A stretch of 63,704 nt of DNA, counting the filler, from Rozella allomycis CSF55 (taxonomy: Eukaryota): assembly GCA_000442015.1 (NCBI GenBank). It is 21 parts of 21 records of this genome, joined end to end, with 100 filler letters (N's around TTAATTAATTAA, not from the genome) between each part and the next. Parts side by side here need not be neighbours in the genome. Positions count along the whole stretch, not along the records: positions 12,842 to 16,165 come from KE561258.1; positions 16,266 to 17,835 come from KE561259.1; positions 17,936 to 19,150 come from KE561261.1; positions 19,251 to 21,626 come from KE561264.1; positions 21,727 to 23,852 come from KE561270.1; positions 23,953 to 25,340 come from KE561271.1; 15 more parts are not named here. One strand, written 5' to 3'. Numbering within the stretch: position 1 is the first letter of the stretch; every line of letters begins with the position of its first letter. Positions 12,842-25,440 of the stretch are shown here, piece by piece. The notes under the pieces were generated by a model that did not search any database, was not told the DNA's origin, and was given only the letters and a program-made list of their open reading frames with translations. The position numbers and the translations under genes are program-made.

Positions 12842-13468
12842 GGAGGAAAGCCAACTGAGGAGGAGATAAGAGTAACGGATATAATTAACTGAGAAAGGAT
12901 GTTGAAACTCTGGGTGGTGTCTACACTGATGACGCTTTTGAATGCACAGTTTGCTTAGCACCTAAAATGGCGCGAACAGCAAAATTTCTGGTTGCGCTTT
13001 GCAGGGGCATTCCTATACTAAATAGAAAATGGCTGGAAGATAGCGCTGTAATGAATTCATTTCAGCCTTATGATTCTTACTATTTAAAAGATTCTGCGGC
13101 CGAGAAAAAGTATGGTTTCAAATTAAGAGAATCGCTGAAATCGGCTAATGAAAATCTTTTGTTTAAAAATATTGTCATTTATATTACAGAAGGCGTCAAG
13201 CCAGATGCAAACACGCTAAGAACAATAATTCAGGCTGCTGGCGGTAGAGTAAGTCAAAAACAAAATATTTTAAAAGATTGTAACTGAATTAGACGCAAAT
13301 ATAAATTCAGAAGAAAAGTTGATAATTATTTCATGTGATGATGATCAAAAAATTTGGCATGAAATCAACGAAATGTCTGGTCTACCCATTCATTCTGCTG
13401 AGTTTATTCTAACCGGAGTTTTACGTCAAAAAGTTGAATTTGAAAATCATATTTTACTAAATAAATAA
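12842..13468 (+). CDS. C-terminal tandem BRCT domains (MDC1/PTIP/Rtt107-like), 5' truncated
   Basis: LGG...RTAKFLVALCRGIPILNRKWLEDS; IIQAAGGR; HSAEFILTGVLRQ. Confidence 0.85.
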
Positions 13469-13560
13469 ATAAAAATGATATTTTATTTGAACAAATTATT
13501 CTCCGACAAAGCGCACCAATTGGCCTTTCCCTTGAAGACTGCCAAAAAACATTCCGATCC

Positions 13561-14346
13561 ATGGACAACTTTCCTCGTCGAAAACATCACCTTGAAAGAT
13601 CAAACAGCTTCCAAAGTGACGAGCAACAGTCAATAGCGAATGCAATAGATTCCTTTACCCAAAATATATTCAAACCAGAGATACCTACGTTTGATCTGTC
13701 AGAATATACAAGTTTGTTTACTCCGGATGATTCGTCGGTACTTAATAATCCACCAGTACAAATGGATTGGAGTCAATCTCACTCTCAGTCCCCATTCCAT
13801 TTCCCCGCACATGCTGATCCCTTAACAAACATGGTTCTAGGAATAGATCCAATTGAACATTCGTTATTCGAAACTTTGAACAGCGTTTACATGTATCCTG
13901 ACCATATGAGCCAGTTACATCCAACAAATTCCAGCATGGATGAGACAATTATACTAGACACATCTCAGAAAAAGCAAGATAGGCGATCCTTCTCTAAACT
14001 AGACCAGCAGCCACCATCAAAGTCAGGCAAGGTATCCATGAGGCATGTAAGCCAAAGAACAATATCCGTATTGAAGCATAACCTTTTGCAAAGATTAAGT
14101 CAAGATACCGCCAGCACTGTAGACGCTGCCATGGACATGACTCATTCTCAAAACGGATTGATTAAATCGCTAAAGTCAAATTCTAAAAAATCCAAAAGTG
14201 CGGTTACAAAAACTGGAAATACTACTAAAAGAAGAAAGAAACATGAAAAAGACAACAGGGTTGATCACCTCAAGCGAGATATCCTAGGAGGGTTGAATGA
14301 TGCATTTGACATAGCAGACGGCTCATTCGGCTATGAAATGTTTTAA
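13561..14346 (+). CDS. Hypothetical protein (261 aa, intronless, basic NLS-like patch)
   Basis: Open frame with ATG; TKRRKK; AATAAA overlapping the stop. Confidence 0.6.
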   Translation: MDNFPRRKHHLERSNSFQSDEQQSIANAIDSFTQNIFKPEIPTFDLSEYTSLFTPDDSSVLNNPPVQMDWSQSHSQSPFHFPAHADPLTNMVLGIDPIEHSLFETLNSVYMYPDHMSQLHPTNSSMDETIILDTSQKKQDRRSFSKLDQQPPSKSGKVSMRHVSQRTISVLKHNLLQRLSQDTASTVDAAMDMTHSQNGLIKSLKSNSKKSKSAVTKTGNTTKRRKKHEKDNRVDHLKRDILGGLNDAFDIADGSFGYEMF

Positions 14347-14423
14347 TAAATTATTAAAGTTATAGAATTCTTAGATATTAGAATCCATCAACATTGGTTT
14401 TTTAAACAATCAGACCCTTGCAA

Positions 14424-15317
14424 ATGGGATTTAGTAAACCATTGATTGGATTTGCGCTAACATCGCCGGCTGCTGCATATGCAGCTTATGAATATTATTT
14501 TAAGCCAGTAAAAGCTGGTGGTGATATACTCCATCCACCTCATTACCCATGGGATCATGCAAACAATTTGACCTCTTTTGATCATGCTGCGTATCACCAT
14601 CATCATATATTAAGATAGGCTTAGGCGTGGATTTCAGGTTTATCAGCAAGTTTGCGCAGCTTGCCATAGTATGAGGAAGATAACATGGCGAAACTTGATT
14701 GATGTGACACACACAGAAGAAGAGTTAAAAGAAATGGCAAGCGAAGCAATGTATTTAGATGGCCCTAATGAAAAGGGAGAAATGTACATGCGTCCAGGAA
14801 AAGTAAGTTTTATACGGGATTGAAAGCAGATTCTAGACAAACTCCCCAGCCCTTACCCTAATGCAGAAGCAGCCCGTTACGCAAATGGTGGTGCTTTGCC
14901 TCCAGACCTTTCTAACATATCCATAGCCAGAGAAGGGGAGGCAGATTACATTTTCTCCCTTCTAACAGGCTACAGCGATCCGCCAGCGGGTGTGGCTGCA
15001 AAACCAGGATTGCATTACAATAAATATTTTCAAGGTGGTGCTATCGCTATGGCCAGAAATATTTACGATGATGTTGTTGAATATGAGGATGGTAAATGTG
15101 AGTTTTAAAGGAAATAGGCACCGATGCAACTGCTAGTCAAATAGCCAAAGATGTGACCACTTTCTTGGCATGGGCTAGTGTTCCAGACACTGATGACAGA
15201 AAACTTGCAGGAATGAAGGCTTTAATTGTCGTAGGAGGGCTGATCGTAACTTCATTTTATGTCCTCAGACATAAATGGAGTGTGTTGAAGTCAAGAAAAT
15301 TGATTTACAAACCATGA
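14424..15317 (+). CDS. CYT1: Mitochondrial cytochrome c1 (3 introns)
   Basis: [24 protein letters not shown] haem motif, [16 protein letters not shown]-terminal TM helix and KWSVLKSRK. Confidence 0.96.
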
Positions 15318-15334
15318 TAATAAAATTGATTCCT

Positions 15335-16076
15335 TTATGGAAAATCTTGCTTGTACGGCTTTGCCTTGATATAATCATATACAATTTTCTTCGTAACATT
15401 TGTTGCGTCAGGGAGTGGATCCTTTGGAGATTGTTGAATATAATTGATCAGCTCTTTTTCAAAGTGTACGTGACAATTATCCATCAAAAGAGATGCAGCA
15501 TGTTCCCAATCATCTTCACCACTTATTGGTCGCACATCAGTCACATCTTCATAAAGTCTATTCTTCAAAACATTCTTTGCCAATACATTAAAATGCATGT
15601 TCGATATTGAACCATTATTCATGTTTTCTTGTAAGAAGTTGACGTAACGTCTGGGAAGGGCGAAACCAACGTTCATAATTTTTGTTCCCCAATCATTAGC
15701 AGCAATTTGATTGTAACAATGTATAGCCTATATTTAATTCCTTAGAATATCCTACATTTAATATTTCATCTCTTGTCCCTGCAAATGTGACGTATTTGTA
15801 ATAGTCATACTGCCCAAATAAATTCACCAAGGTGTGCCAACTGCTGATATTTATCCGGGCATTAGTCCATAAATGAACTTTTCTACGATTGTAACTCCGA
15901 TGTCCGTCTAAATTATCGACCATCGATTCCTTTATCATGAAATTCAGTTTTATGGGTCCATAGGGGATAAAAAGGCCTTCTAATGTCTTTGGTTTTAAAA
16001 CAGCAGGAGAATTGGACTTTAGCGGTGTTATTTTGCCGTACAATCTAACATTTCCCTTAAACATATTATTAGCCAT
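15335..16076 (-). CDS. Hypothetical protein (1 intron)
   Basis: A 28-nt GT-AG intron (gtaggatatt...aaatatag) joins the 127-aa and 113-aa ORFs in frame. Confidence 0.6.
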
Positions 16077-16449
16077 CAATTTTGTAAAAATGGAATTTAA
16101 TTTTGCTTTCCTCTTTAAGTGAATCTATTTTTTTTAAGAAATTAAAATAGATTTATTTATAAATTNNNNNNNNNNNNNNNNNNNNNNNNNNNNNNNNNNN
16201 NNNNNNNNNTTAATTAATTAANNNNNNNNNNNNNNNNNNNNNNNNNNNNNNNNNNNNNNNNNNNNCCCCTAGTTTCAATACTGGTGATATTATTATTATT
16301 TCGGCTATTGTAAGAAAGAAAAGAACTTTTCTTTCACTTTCAGTTTTGTCTAAGCTTCCAAGTGGACTCTATTCCATCTTTTTATAGGATTTAAACCCAA
16401 TCACCAGTTCAGACAAAAGTACTCTATCCTTTAAGAAAAATCACGAATC

Positions 16450-17814
16450 ATGTCTTCGAAAGAATACAAGTTAACTGCCCTCCGAACAACAGATAAACAG
16501 TGTATCATGATGTTCCCATCTAAAACAAAATTATTCGGACCATTATCAATGGAAAAGATGGAAGCAGAAGGTGAAGCAGTATCGGATATTTCAAAGACGC
16601 TCCCTGAGGGATACGATCCGTCGTTAGTAGCACCTGGGTCGCATAAGAGGCGGGCATTTAAAAAGAAGACGACAGTTTTGACGCCAGAGCAGTTGAAGAA
16701 AGAGTCTGTGCAAAACAACTTGTCGCTGCAAGATGGCAACGGTGCGTCCTTTATTGGCAGAGAAGAGGGTGGTTTGGAAGCTGGCGAGTATGCGATTTTG
16801 GTGAAGACTGGTGAAAATAGTTTTGCGATGATACCTGTTGATAAATGGTATAGATTCCAAAACAAGATTCACTATCAAACGCTGTCGTTGGAAGAAGCAG
16901 AGCAAAAGGTATGATTTAAATAGTGGGGATTTGCAGATGAGCCAGAAATCGAGGAATATGGATTCAGACAGATGGATGATGAAATTGAGGGCGAAAGAAA
17001 TGGTTCCAGAGCACCAATCAGAGTAGAATATTTATTTTGAGATTAATAGAGTTGAAGAAGATGCGGAGGATATAGCAAAGCCGCATAGAGATGATGAAGA
17101 AATCGATTTTGACGAAGTGTTTAGCGATGACGATGAAAAGATTGGCGAAGGCCCTGAAATGGAAGAGGATGAGCAAGTAATAAATAAAATTACTTTAAAA
17201 CTGATTAAACAAAAAGCATTCAAGAAGAGGGATACCAGCGAAGAAGTTGAAGAGAACGAAGAGCTATCGTTAACAGGAAAGGATTTGAGGAGAATTGTGA
17301 GAAGATTAGAGAAGAATCAGGATTATGAATCTGATGATGAGAAAGATCCTTATGCTGATGAAGATGATATTGATACATCGTCGTTACCGTCAACTACTTC
17401 TGGAACAGCGACTCCAATGAGCTCGCGCATGTTCTCAGGGTTTAGCTCGGGAATTTCGTCTGTGGAAGAGCGCAGGAAGCCAGAACTATTGAGCAAGTCT
17501 ACAACATCCAGTCAATCATCCAATAAAGAAAAGGATATGATCAGACCTTTGGTGACTAAAAAAGTAAAAAGATTGTGTGTTTATGAAAGCCTAAACTTGC
17601 ACCAGCCCCATCATCTCAGCCAATTAGCATTGACGTGTTGAGAGCTGAAGTGATTAATGTGCTAAAAACTAACAATTTAACTGCGAAAGAGTTGATTAAT
17701 ATGTTCAAGAGAAAGATTAAAGATAACACAAAAGATTTTCAGAGTGTTGTAAAGCAAGTCGCTGAGATGGATAAAACAACAAGAATTTTGAAACTAAAAG
17801 CTGAATTCAAATGA
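16450..17814 (+). CDS. TFG1: TFIIF large subunit (Tfg1/RAP74)
   Basis: FIGREEGG, MIPVDKWYRF, TLSLEEAE, IDFDEVFSDDDE, C-terminal winged-helix-like segment. Confidence 0.85.
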
Positions 17815-17935
17815 AGAAGTGAAGCATTTAATAGTNNNNNNNNNNNNNNNNNNNNNNNNNNNNNNNNNNNNNNNNNNNNTTAATTAATTAANNNNNNNNN
17901 NNNNNNNNNNNNNNNNNNNNNNNNNNNNNNNNNNN

Positions 17936-18831
17936 AGAGGAAGTTGGTTAGACATGCTCGTTAGTACCTTCATGGGGTCCTTTGTGGGAATAATGATAGA
18001 GCTTTCATGTAAGATGAATGTTCTTTCAAGTGTCGTGGAGGTACTGTCGGCAATAATCGTCTCATTCACTGCAAGAACAATATCTTTTGCGTCAAATAGT
18101 TCAGTTTGTTATTGGGCCGTTTCCTTGGCTGGAATAGTTTGGGTAATTTGTGTATTAACATATAATAGCTGTTGCCTGGATTAGGTATTACTCTGGCCTG
18201 TCTAGAAATATCAACGCATAACATTATATCTGGAACCGTTCATATGTTTTATTCATTTATTGTCGCACTAATGCTAGGGTTTGGGATGTCCATTGGAATA
18301 CGGTTAGTTCCTTGGGCGAGTGAACTGCCAAATGATTTGCCTGGACAATGCAGCGGGGTGGACAAAATTTGGGGTTTCTTGTTGTTTCCTATTCTCATAA
18401 TATCAGTTAACGTAATTTTAAACGCGAGCCCGAAACAATGGAATGGAATGCTTTTAGTAATGATCTATATCGGCTAGAAAAAGGTTTCCAGTGTTGCTTA
18501 TGGTTGTTATTTCTTCTTGAACCTGTATGTTAGTATAGAAACTTCTTCCATCTTAGCGGCTGTAGTTGTTGGTGTATTGAGCTACATGTTTCGTCAATTC
18601 ACTGGTCAAATATCTACAGCACCTATTCTGGCAGGAATAATGGTACTCGTCCCCGGCTCATTAGGTATTCGAGGAGTTTCTGCGTTCTTTGACAAAGAAA
18701 TCCAAAACGGAGTGAACTTTGGATTTGAAATGATCATTATCGCTGTGTCAATTAGTGTTGGCTTATTCATTGCTACGCTCTTGGTAAATCCTTCAACTGT
18801 AAAGCGACCCGATAGAAACATAACATTTTAA
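17936..18831 (+). CDS. ThrE-family (Prm10-like) membrane exporter, 5' truncated
   Basis: LAGIVWLLPGLGITLACLEI...SGTVHM; LAGIMVLVPGSLG; multiple TM helices; 2 introns. Confidence 0.85.
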
Positions 18832-18956
18832 TAAAACCCATGTATCTTAATATATATGATTATGAAATCTTTTACAATTAAGTTTACCGGTTTAGATATT
18901 CTGATGAATGTCAGTGGCTATCCAAAATTGCAAAGCCCCGGTTTTGCTAAAAGCAT

Positions 18957-19150
18957 ATGGATTGGAACCAATTCAAATTGCCCAGCGATTCTCAAATCCG
19001 GCATCTATTTGAAGAATACACTGTTCTTGCTGATTCTCAATCCCAGAATAATAATGTGGCCCCTAATGCACATTCAAGACTTCAATGCACAATATGTCAA
19101 TTCCAAGCCGTCGATGAAATATCTTACCGGCAACATATGATAAATCATAC
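18957..19150 (+). CDS. C2H2 zinc-finger protein, N-terminal fragment
   Basis: CTICQFQAVDEISYRQHMINH, cut by contig end. Confidence 0.55.
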
Positions 19151-19270
19151 NNNNNNNNNNNNNNNNNNNNNNNNNNNNNNNNNNNNNNNNNNNNTTAATT
19201 AATTAANNNNNNNNNNNNNNNNNNNNNNNNNNNNNNNNNNNNNNNNNNNNATTTAATTAAACTTTATGAT

Positions 19271-20953
19271 TTATGTAAATATAATTTCTAAATGAGCACA
19301 AGGATTATTGTTGAAATGGTTTAAGATCTGATTGGAGCTGGTAAAGTTGGCCGTGCCATACAATGCATCTCTTTGATTCGACGTCGCGGGATATACAGCA
19401 TAAATTTTAAGGTTTTTTCCAGTCGAGTAAAAGTCTTTCCTACTGCCAATCCAAATGGGCGAATAATCCTGTGAAAGAAAGTGATTGCGTATTTGATCAT
19501 AAAAAGATTCAATGGATAAATCTGTTGAATCAAAAAACATTTCTTGAAATTCAAACTTTCCTCTTTCTCTCAAAAATACCCTAAAAGTGGTTTGTCCAGT
19601 ACTTTGCTGACATTGACATTCAGGGTGTTTGGTGGCTATTTCTTTCAATCTAACGGTAGTGCCCACATGTATGCAAAGCCTACATTGTGAATGCACAACA
19701 GCTAAATCAACCAACGCCAAAAACTTTGTTGACGGACCTTTCGACTTCCACTCCAGCATTTTCTTGTATTCGCTTTCATCGTTCATCAAGGATTTCATTT
19801 GAGCTGCAACTTGTGGTATTTGCTCCAAATTTTCTACATGAATAATCGAACCGTCTTGAGGCTCATAATCTTTAATATTTGGTGACCCGATAACCACAGG
19901 TACGGTTCCCTCCACAAGACTCTGAAAATACTTTTCCGTCACATAGTCTTCTTCAATGGAATTTTCAAAAGCCAAATGGAATTTGTAGTTTCTAATCGTG
20001 TCAGATTTCGATGATTTGGCATCTTTCGAATGCATGCATCGGCCAAATGAATCAATGCTTATNTAAATGGAATTTGTAGTTTCTAATCGTGTCAGATTTC
20101 GACGATTTGGCATCTTTCGAATGCATACATCGGCCAAATGAATCAATGCTTATTCCATTTTTACTCAATTCCTCCATAGCCTTCAGTCGAAAACTAGAAG
20201 CCCCGCAATTGGAAATAAAAGCAGATGCCATAACCGGTAATTTCTTATCAACTGCTGGTTTCATGAAATCGTATTCGGCCCACGAAAAATACGGAACTGG
20301 AACTTGTGAATCCAGATGGGTGTTCATTAAAATGTCTATCCCTTGTGCATTTGCTAGTTGTTTTCCGTAATGTGGATAGTTTGTGACCGACTCCATCGTC
20401 ATTCGAATTGACAGCGATTCAGGGTTTCCTGTCGGCATGGATTCTAAATGGGCATCCGAATTTTCAAAGTCTCCAAACTCGCAAATAAACGAACAATGAT
20501 CTTTCCATCTATTACTTTTGTCTGTCGGATATCCTTTAATCCTAATAGGATTTAACTGAAAATTTCTCAGCTTAAAATCGCTGTTTTCTCTAAGCCAAGC
20601 TTTGCAAGTTTCATGGGGTTTAATCTTTTCATCATCAGAGTTATTTATCGCCTCCTCGTTCTTTGTCTTTTTTATTATTACGACCTCTTCATTCGTTGCA
20701 TCCTCTTCATTTAAAATTAGCTTTGATGGCATTCTTTTAGGCAAATAATTAAACATGTAATACAANTATCATCAGATTTATTTAGCGCTTCCTCGTTCTT
20801 TGTCTTTTTGATTATTACGACCTCTTCATTTGTTACGTCTTCTTCATTTAACATTAGCTTTGATGGCATTCTTTTAGGCAAATAATTAAACATGTAATAC
20901 AAGCCGCAAACAAAAACTGTTATGAAAACTATGCGAGTTCGAAATCTTCCCAT
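19271..20953 (-). CDS. GT10 alpha-1,3-fucosyltransferase (plant core-FucT-like), intronless; broken by N-junction duplications
   Basis: N-terminal TM helix; FISNC; YKFHLAFENSIEEDYVTEKYFQSL (GT10 motif); C-terminal RERGKFE...NPCAHLEIIF. Confidence 0.9.
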
Positions 20954-21103
20954 GATATGTGGCTCAGATGCAGCAGATTGTAGATGCCAGATGGACAACT
21001 TTGTTCAAAGAATATATTGTCAAAATTTCTTTACATTGGTGGGGTATATGGAACGCAGACTAAATACTATATTGGTCAAAAATAGAGTGCGTGGCGTAGT
21101 TCC

Positions 21104-21626
21104 ATGAAAAACAAAGTTTTACTTGGTTTTGCAGAATCAGTGTTGTCTTTCGATGAAGAAAGAGATATATTTGCATCTAGAATTGGAGGAAAGCCTGTAA
21201 TTTATTCTTGTGTAGGCTAATAATTAGATCTGGCTGTTCAAAGGCAAGAAACCAGAAATCAAATGTAAAAATTGTAGAGGAAATATGTTTTTACTGTTAG
21301 AATGTTACGCCCCTGTGAATTCAGATAGATTTTTATATATCTTCGGGTGTAATCAGAAACGGTGTAGTGCCCTTGGAGGATTTAGAGTTTTCAGAGTATC
21401 TGTAGAGAAAGCGCAAGTTGCAGAGTTAGAAAAGAAAATCGAAAAGGTAAATTTGTATTTTCTTTTTAAAAGATTGATTGGTTTCAAGAATTTGAAACTC
21501 CACAAGAGATTGATGTGGATGCTCTTTTAAGTGAGACAAAAGATGTATGTGGTAAATTAAAAGATGAGGAAAAAGATTCAAATAATGATGAATTAAAAGA
21601 TAAATTGTGTGATGAATTAAACGATA
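21104..21626 (+). CDS. PDCD2/Tsr4-like protein, N-terminal part
   Basis: VLLGF...SRIGGKPIWL...CKNC...MFLLLECYAP...RFLYIFGC...FRVFR. Confidence 0.85.
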
Positions 21627-21751
21627 NNNNNNNNNNNNNNNNNNNNNNNNNNNNNNNNNNNNNNNNNNNNTTAATTAATTAANNNNNNNNNNNNNNNNNN
21701 NNNNNNNNNNNNNNNNNNNNNNNNNNCAAAGTCAGTAATCTATATTTTCCA

Positions 21752-23568
21752 TTATTTATTTAAAAATGGATTCATGTTCTTTTGTTCTGGCTGGACTTGG
21801 TTGCCAAACATTTGAGAAGTTTGTGCTAACATTGGATTGACACCAAAAAGTTGTTGTGTTTGAAAGTTACCCATGCTTGACTGTTGAAATCCTTGGGGCA
21901 TCATATTTGGCTGCTGAAAAGAAGCGGCATTAAATGGTTGTTGATAGATTTGTGATTGTTGTTGGAATTGATTGTGCTGGTAACTTTGAGAAGGAAACAA
22001 GTCGGAACCTGACTTATGAATATTCCCTTGAGACGAAGAAATGAATCCCGTAGATGTTTTCTCCATTGCCAATTCTTGTAGAGTTTTTCTTTGTTGAACT
22101 GGTGTTCCTTTGGAAGAAGAATAGTTTGATTGATTGTCAGAGAATGGATTACGCGGTTGCCTATGAGACATTAAGCTGGAGGGATCCAAGTCCACCATGC
22201 CGCCAAAGGGGGCAGATTTAACGTCCGCAATTTGAGATATTTGATTATTCTGCTTTAAATAAATTAGTGTCAATATTACATTAATATTGCTCTCTATTGC
22301 TCTTGATTGGGCTAATGAAGCGAATGGATCTATTTCTACTGCATTTCTAGCGACAGCTGCCAATTGAGCGTTTGCATTATCGGTCTATGGTATCTTGACA
22401 TTATATTTACTTGATATGGTAGCATTTTGGGGACATTTTGACCTTCAATCTGAGCAGTAAATGTACTCGCTTGCCCGTATCCTGGTGGCTGTGCAAATGA
22501 TTGCCCAAAAGGATTCTGTCCGACATTTCCTTGGCCAAATAAGTTATTAGAGTTATTATCATTAATTGATCGAAAAGGATCATTGCTTTGAGCAAAGGGA
22601 TGCGATTGAGTTGCAAAAGGATTAAATTGATTCCCTTGGTATGTACTTGACGAAGTAAATTGGGAGCTTTGGAAACTATTTTGAGAAAAGACAGGATTTG
22701 GAGCAAAAGGATCATTGGAAAAATTACTTGGGGTCTGGATCGTTGGCTCCCCAAAAATATCAATTAAATCCGCAGGTTTTTCTTGTTTTCTTTTGAATTA
22801 ATAAAAGCCAAACTTTTTACTGCTCTGAAAAAGAAGAGTTTCTGAGTTGATTAAAATTGCTTCTTTGTTCCCTTGCCTTTGTTTCAAGTTCATGAGTTCT
22901 TTTAGATTCTTCAATGGCTCTTTCTAATTCCATTTGTTCTTTAGCCGCATCATTGTCATATCTACCGTAAGTACGATCACCGTCATTTCTGAATCTACTC
23001 TTCATGCTTTGATGAGTTGATCTTTCGCGTTGTAGTCTTTCATCATCTTTAATCAGATCAGCAACGTCCTGGCTTTTTTGTCGTACTTTTTAAAGGTTTA
23101 AAATTTAATTACTATTAATTCCTTGATCTCTGCCTTCGTCATCAATGTATTGAAACTGATTTAGAGTTTGAATGACATGAACGTTTTGCTTGGCATACAC
23201 CAGAACATTTTCAGAGCCACAAAGAAGCAAGTATTCAAGGAGCTTTAATGCCTATCTATTTAATGAAAATGTCACATACCTTTAAAACATGCCTCCAGTT
23301 TTTTCCGTGATCATTTAATCTTTTGTCAAGAATCTCGAGGATTTCCTGGAACAACCCGCTATATTTACCCAAATTTATAAATACTAATTGAATGTAGCCT
23401 CTGCAATCTCAGTCATCAATGATCCACTTGCTCCCCAAGGATCATTCGACGTCGCATCCCTCACTTTCACTTGAATATCAGTGTATCCTTTGGTAACATT
23501 TTTTCTATCTATAAGACTTTGAAGGTTTACGCAGAACGCATTACAGAGCGTGCAACATTCTTATTCAT
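21752..23568 (-). CDS. Epsin (ENTH + UIM + NPF), Ent1/Ent2-like
   Basis: KVRDATSNDPWGA, KNWRHVLKALKLLEYL, DQGINIR, UIM ELERAIEES, DPF/NPF motifs. Confidence 0.93.
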
Positions 23569-23606
23569 GATCAAATCGGAAATTTATAGAATACTATTTA
23601 TTTATG

Positions 23607-23852
23607 TCATAAACTACACCATAGCTCCATTCGGTTACCCATAAGCTGTATAGCCAAGTCCAAGTCTTCTTGATCACTAATGTTCACCAAATCACCATCT
23701 TCGTCCTTGTATTTCAAACGCAATCTAGTTTTGAATTTGTCTTGAACTTTTTGAACAAGAGCTTCAAAATTTATGTTTTTGTTTAGCAGAAGGACGCGAG
23801 TATCGTCGTAATGACACTTTACTTTTATCATTCCTGTAGGAATGGATGCTCG
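23607..23852 (-). CDS. C-terminal PB1 domain (NoxR/p67phox-like), 5' truncated
   Basis: IKVKCHY...LKYKDEDGDLVNISDQEDLDLAI. Confidence 0.75.
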   Translation of the reverse strand, partial: RASIPTGMIKVKCHYDDTRVLLLNKNINFEALVQKVQDKFKTRLRLKYKDEDGDLVNISDQEDLDLAIQLMGNRMELWCSL

Positions 23853-23952
23853 NNNNNNNNNNNNNNNNNNNNNNNNNNNNNNNNNNNNNNNNNNNNTTAA
23901 TTAATTAANNNNNNNNNNNNNNNNNNNNNNNNNNNNNNNNNNNNNNNNNNNN

Positions 23953-25340
23953 AGAAGAGATTGGTGAAGCAGGGGAATATTAACCATAGTTATCCATTCT
24001 GTTGGCGCAGTGATACACCGTTGATCTACAAGGCTGTTCCCTCGTGGTTTGTGAGAGTGAAGAATATTATACCGAGATTGTTGAAGAATAATGAAGAGAG
24101 TTATTGGGTTCCAGATTTTGTGCAAGAAAAGAGATTTAAGAATTGGTTGGAGAATGCGAGGGATTGGGCTATTAGCAGAAGTAGATTTTGGGGGACTCCA
24201 ATACCCCTTTGGGTTAGTGAAGATTTTGAAGAGATCGTTTGTGTTGGAAGTATTAAAGAATTGGAAGAGTTGAGTGGAGTTGAAGGAATTAAAGATTTGC
24301 ATAGAGAAAAGTAATTTAAATTTGAAAGAGTGAGGATAGTATTGATAAGATAACGATTCCAAGTAGAAATGGGAATGGAGTGTTGAGAAGGGTTGATGAA
24401 GTGTTTGATTGTTGGTTTGAGAGTGGCAGGTAATAGAGAATGATGAATGAATAAAGTATGCCATATGCACAGCAGCATTATCCGTTTGAGAATGAAGAAA
24501 AGTTTAAAAAATCGTTTCCCGCTGATTTTATAGCGGAGGGGTTGGATCAAACTAGGGGATGGTTTTATACGTTGATGGTTATATCTACGCATTTGTTTGA
24601 TAAGCCAGCGTTTAAGAATTTGATAGTGAATGGATTAGTGTTGGCAGAGGATGGAAAGAAGATGAGTAAACGATTGAAGAATTATCCAGAACCAAATGTT
24701 ATTTTGAATGAGTATGGAGCAGATTCATTGAGACTTTATTTGATTAATTCACCTGTTGTGAGAGCAGAGAGCTTGAGATTTAAAGAAGAGGGTGTTAAGG
24801 GAATATCCAAGGTAAGAAAGTTTAAATTCCTTTGTTAAGGATGTGTTGAATCCGTGGTTTAATGCGTTTAAATTTTTTGCGAGTCAAGTTGAGATTTATG
24901 AGCAAGAGAATGGAGTTAAATTCCAGTGTGATGAGAGTGTTTATTCAGACAATTTGATGGACAGATGGATATTGGCAGCTACGCAGACGTTGATTGAGAC
25001 TGTGAGAACAGAAATGAAGAATTACAAATTGTATCAAGTAGTTCCACCTTTGGTTAAATTTATTGATCAATTAACGAATTGGTATGTGAGATTTAACAGG
25101 CAGCGACTGAAAGGAGTTGAAGATGTTGAGGGGATTGAAGTAGAGGGGGGTGAAAGAGTAAGGGGTGAAAGAGTAAGAGGTGAAAGAGTAGAGGTTGAAT
25201 TGAGTGAAAGCATGAACAATGGAATGAAATTGAATGACAAAGGATTAACTGATACTGCAACTACATTGAATACTAATTCTAACTCTAATTCCACCTCCAT
25301 CACTAATTCCACCTCCAACTCCACTTTTCATGCGTTGAAT
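23953..25340 (+). CDS. ILS1: Cytosolic isoleucyl-tRNA synthetase, internal fragment
   Basis: [48 protein letters not shown]. Confidence 0.96.
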
Positions 25341-25440
25341 NNNNNNNNNNNNNNNNNNNNNNNNNNNNNNNNNNNNNNNNNNNNTTAATTAATTAANNNN
25401 NNNNNNNNNNNNNNNNNNNNNNNNNNNNNNNNNNNNNNNN

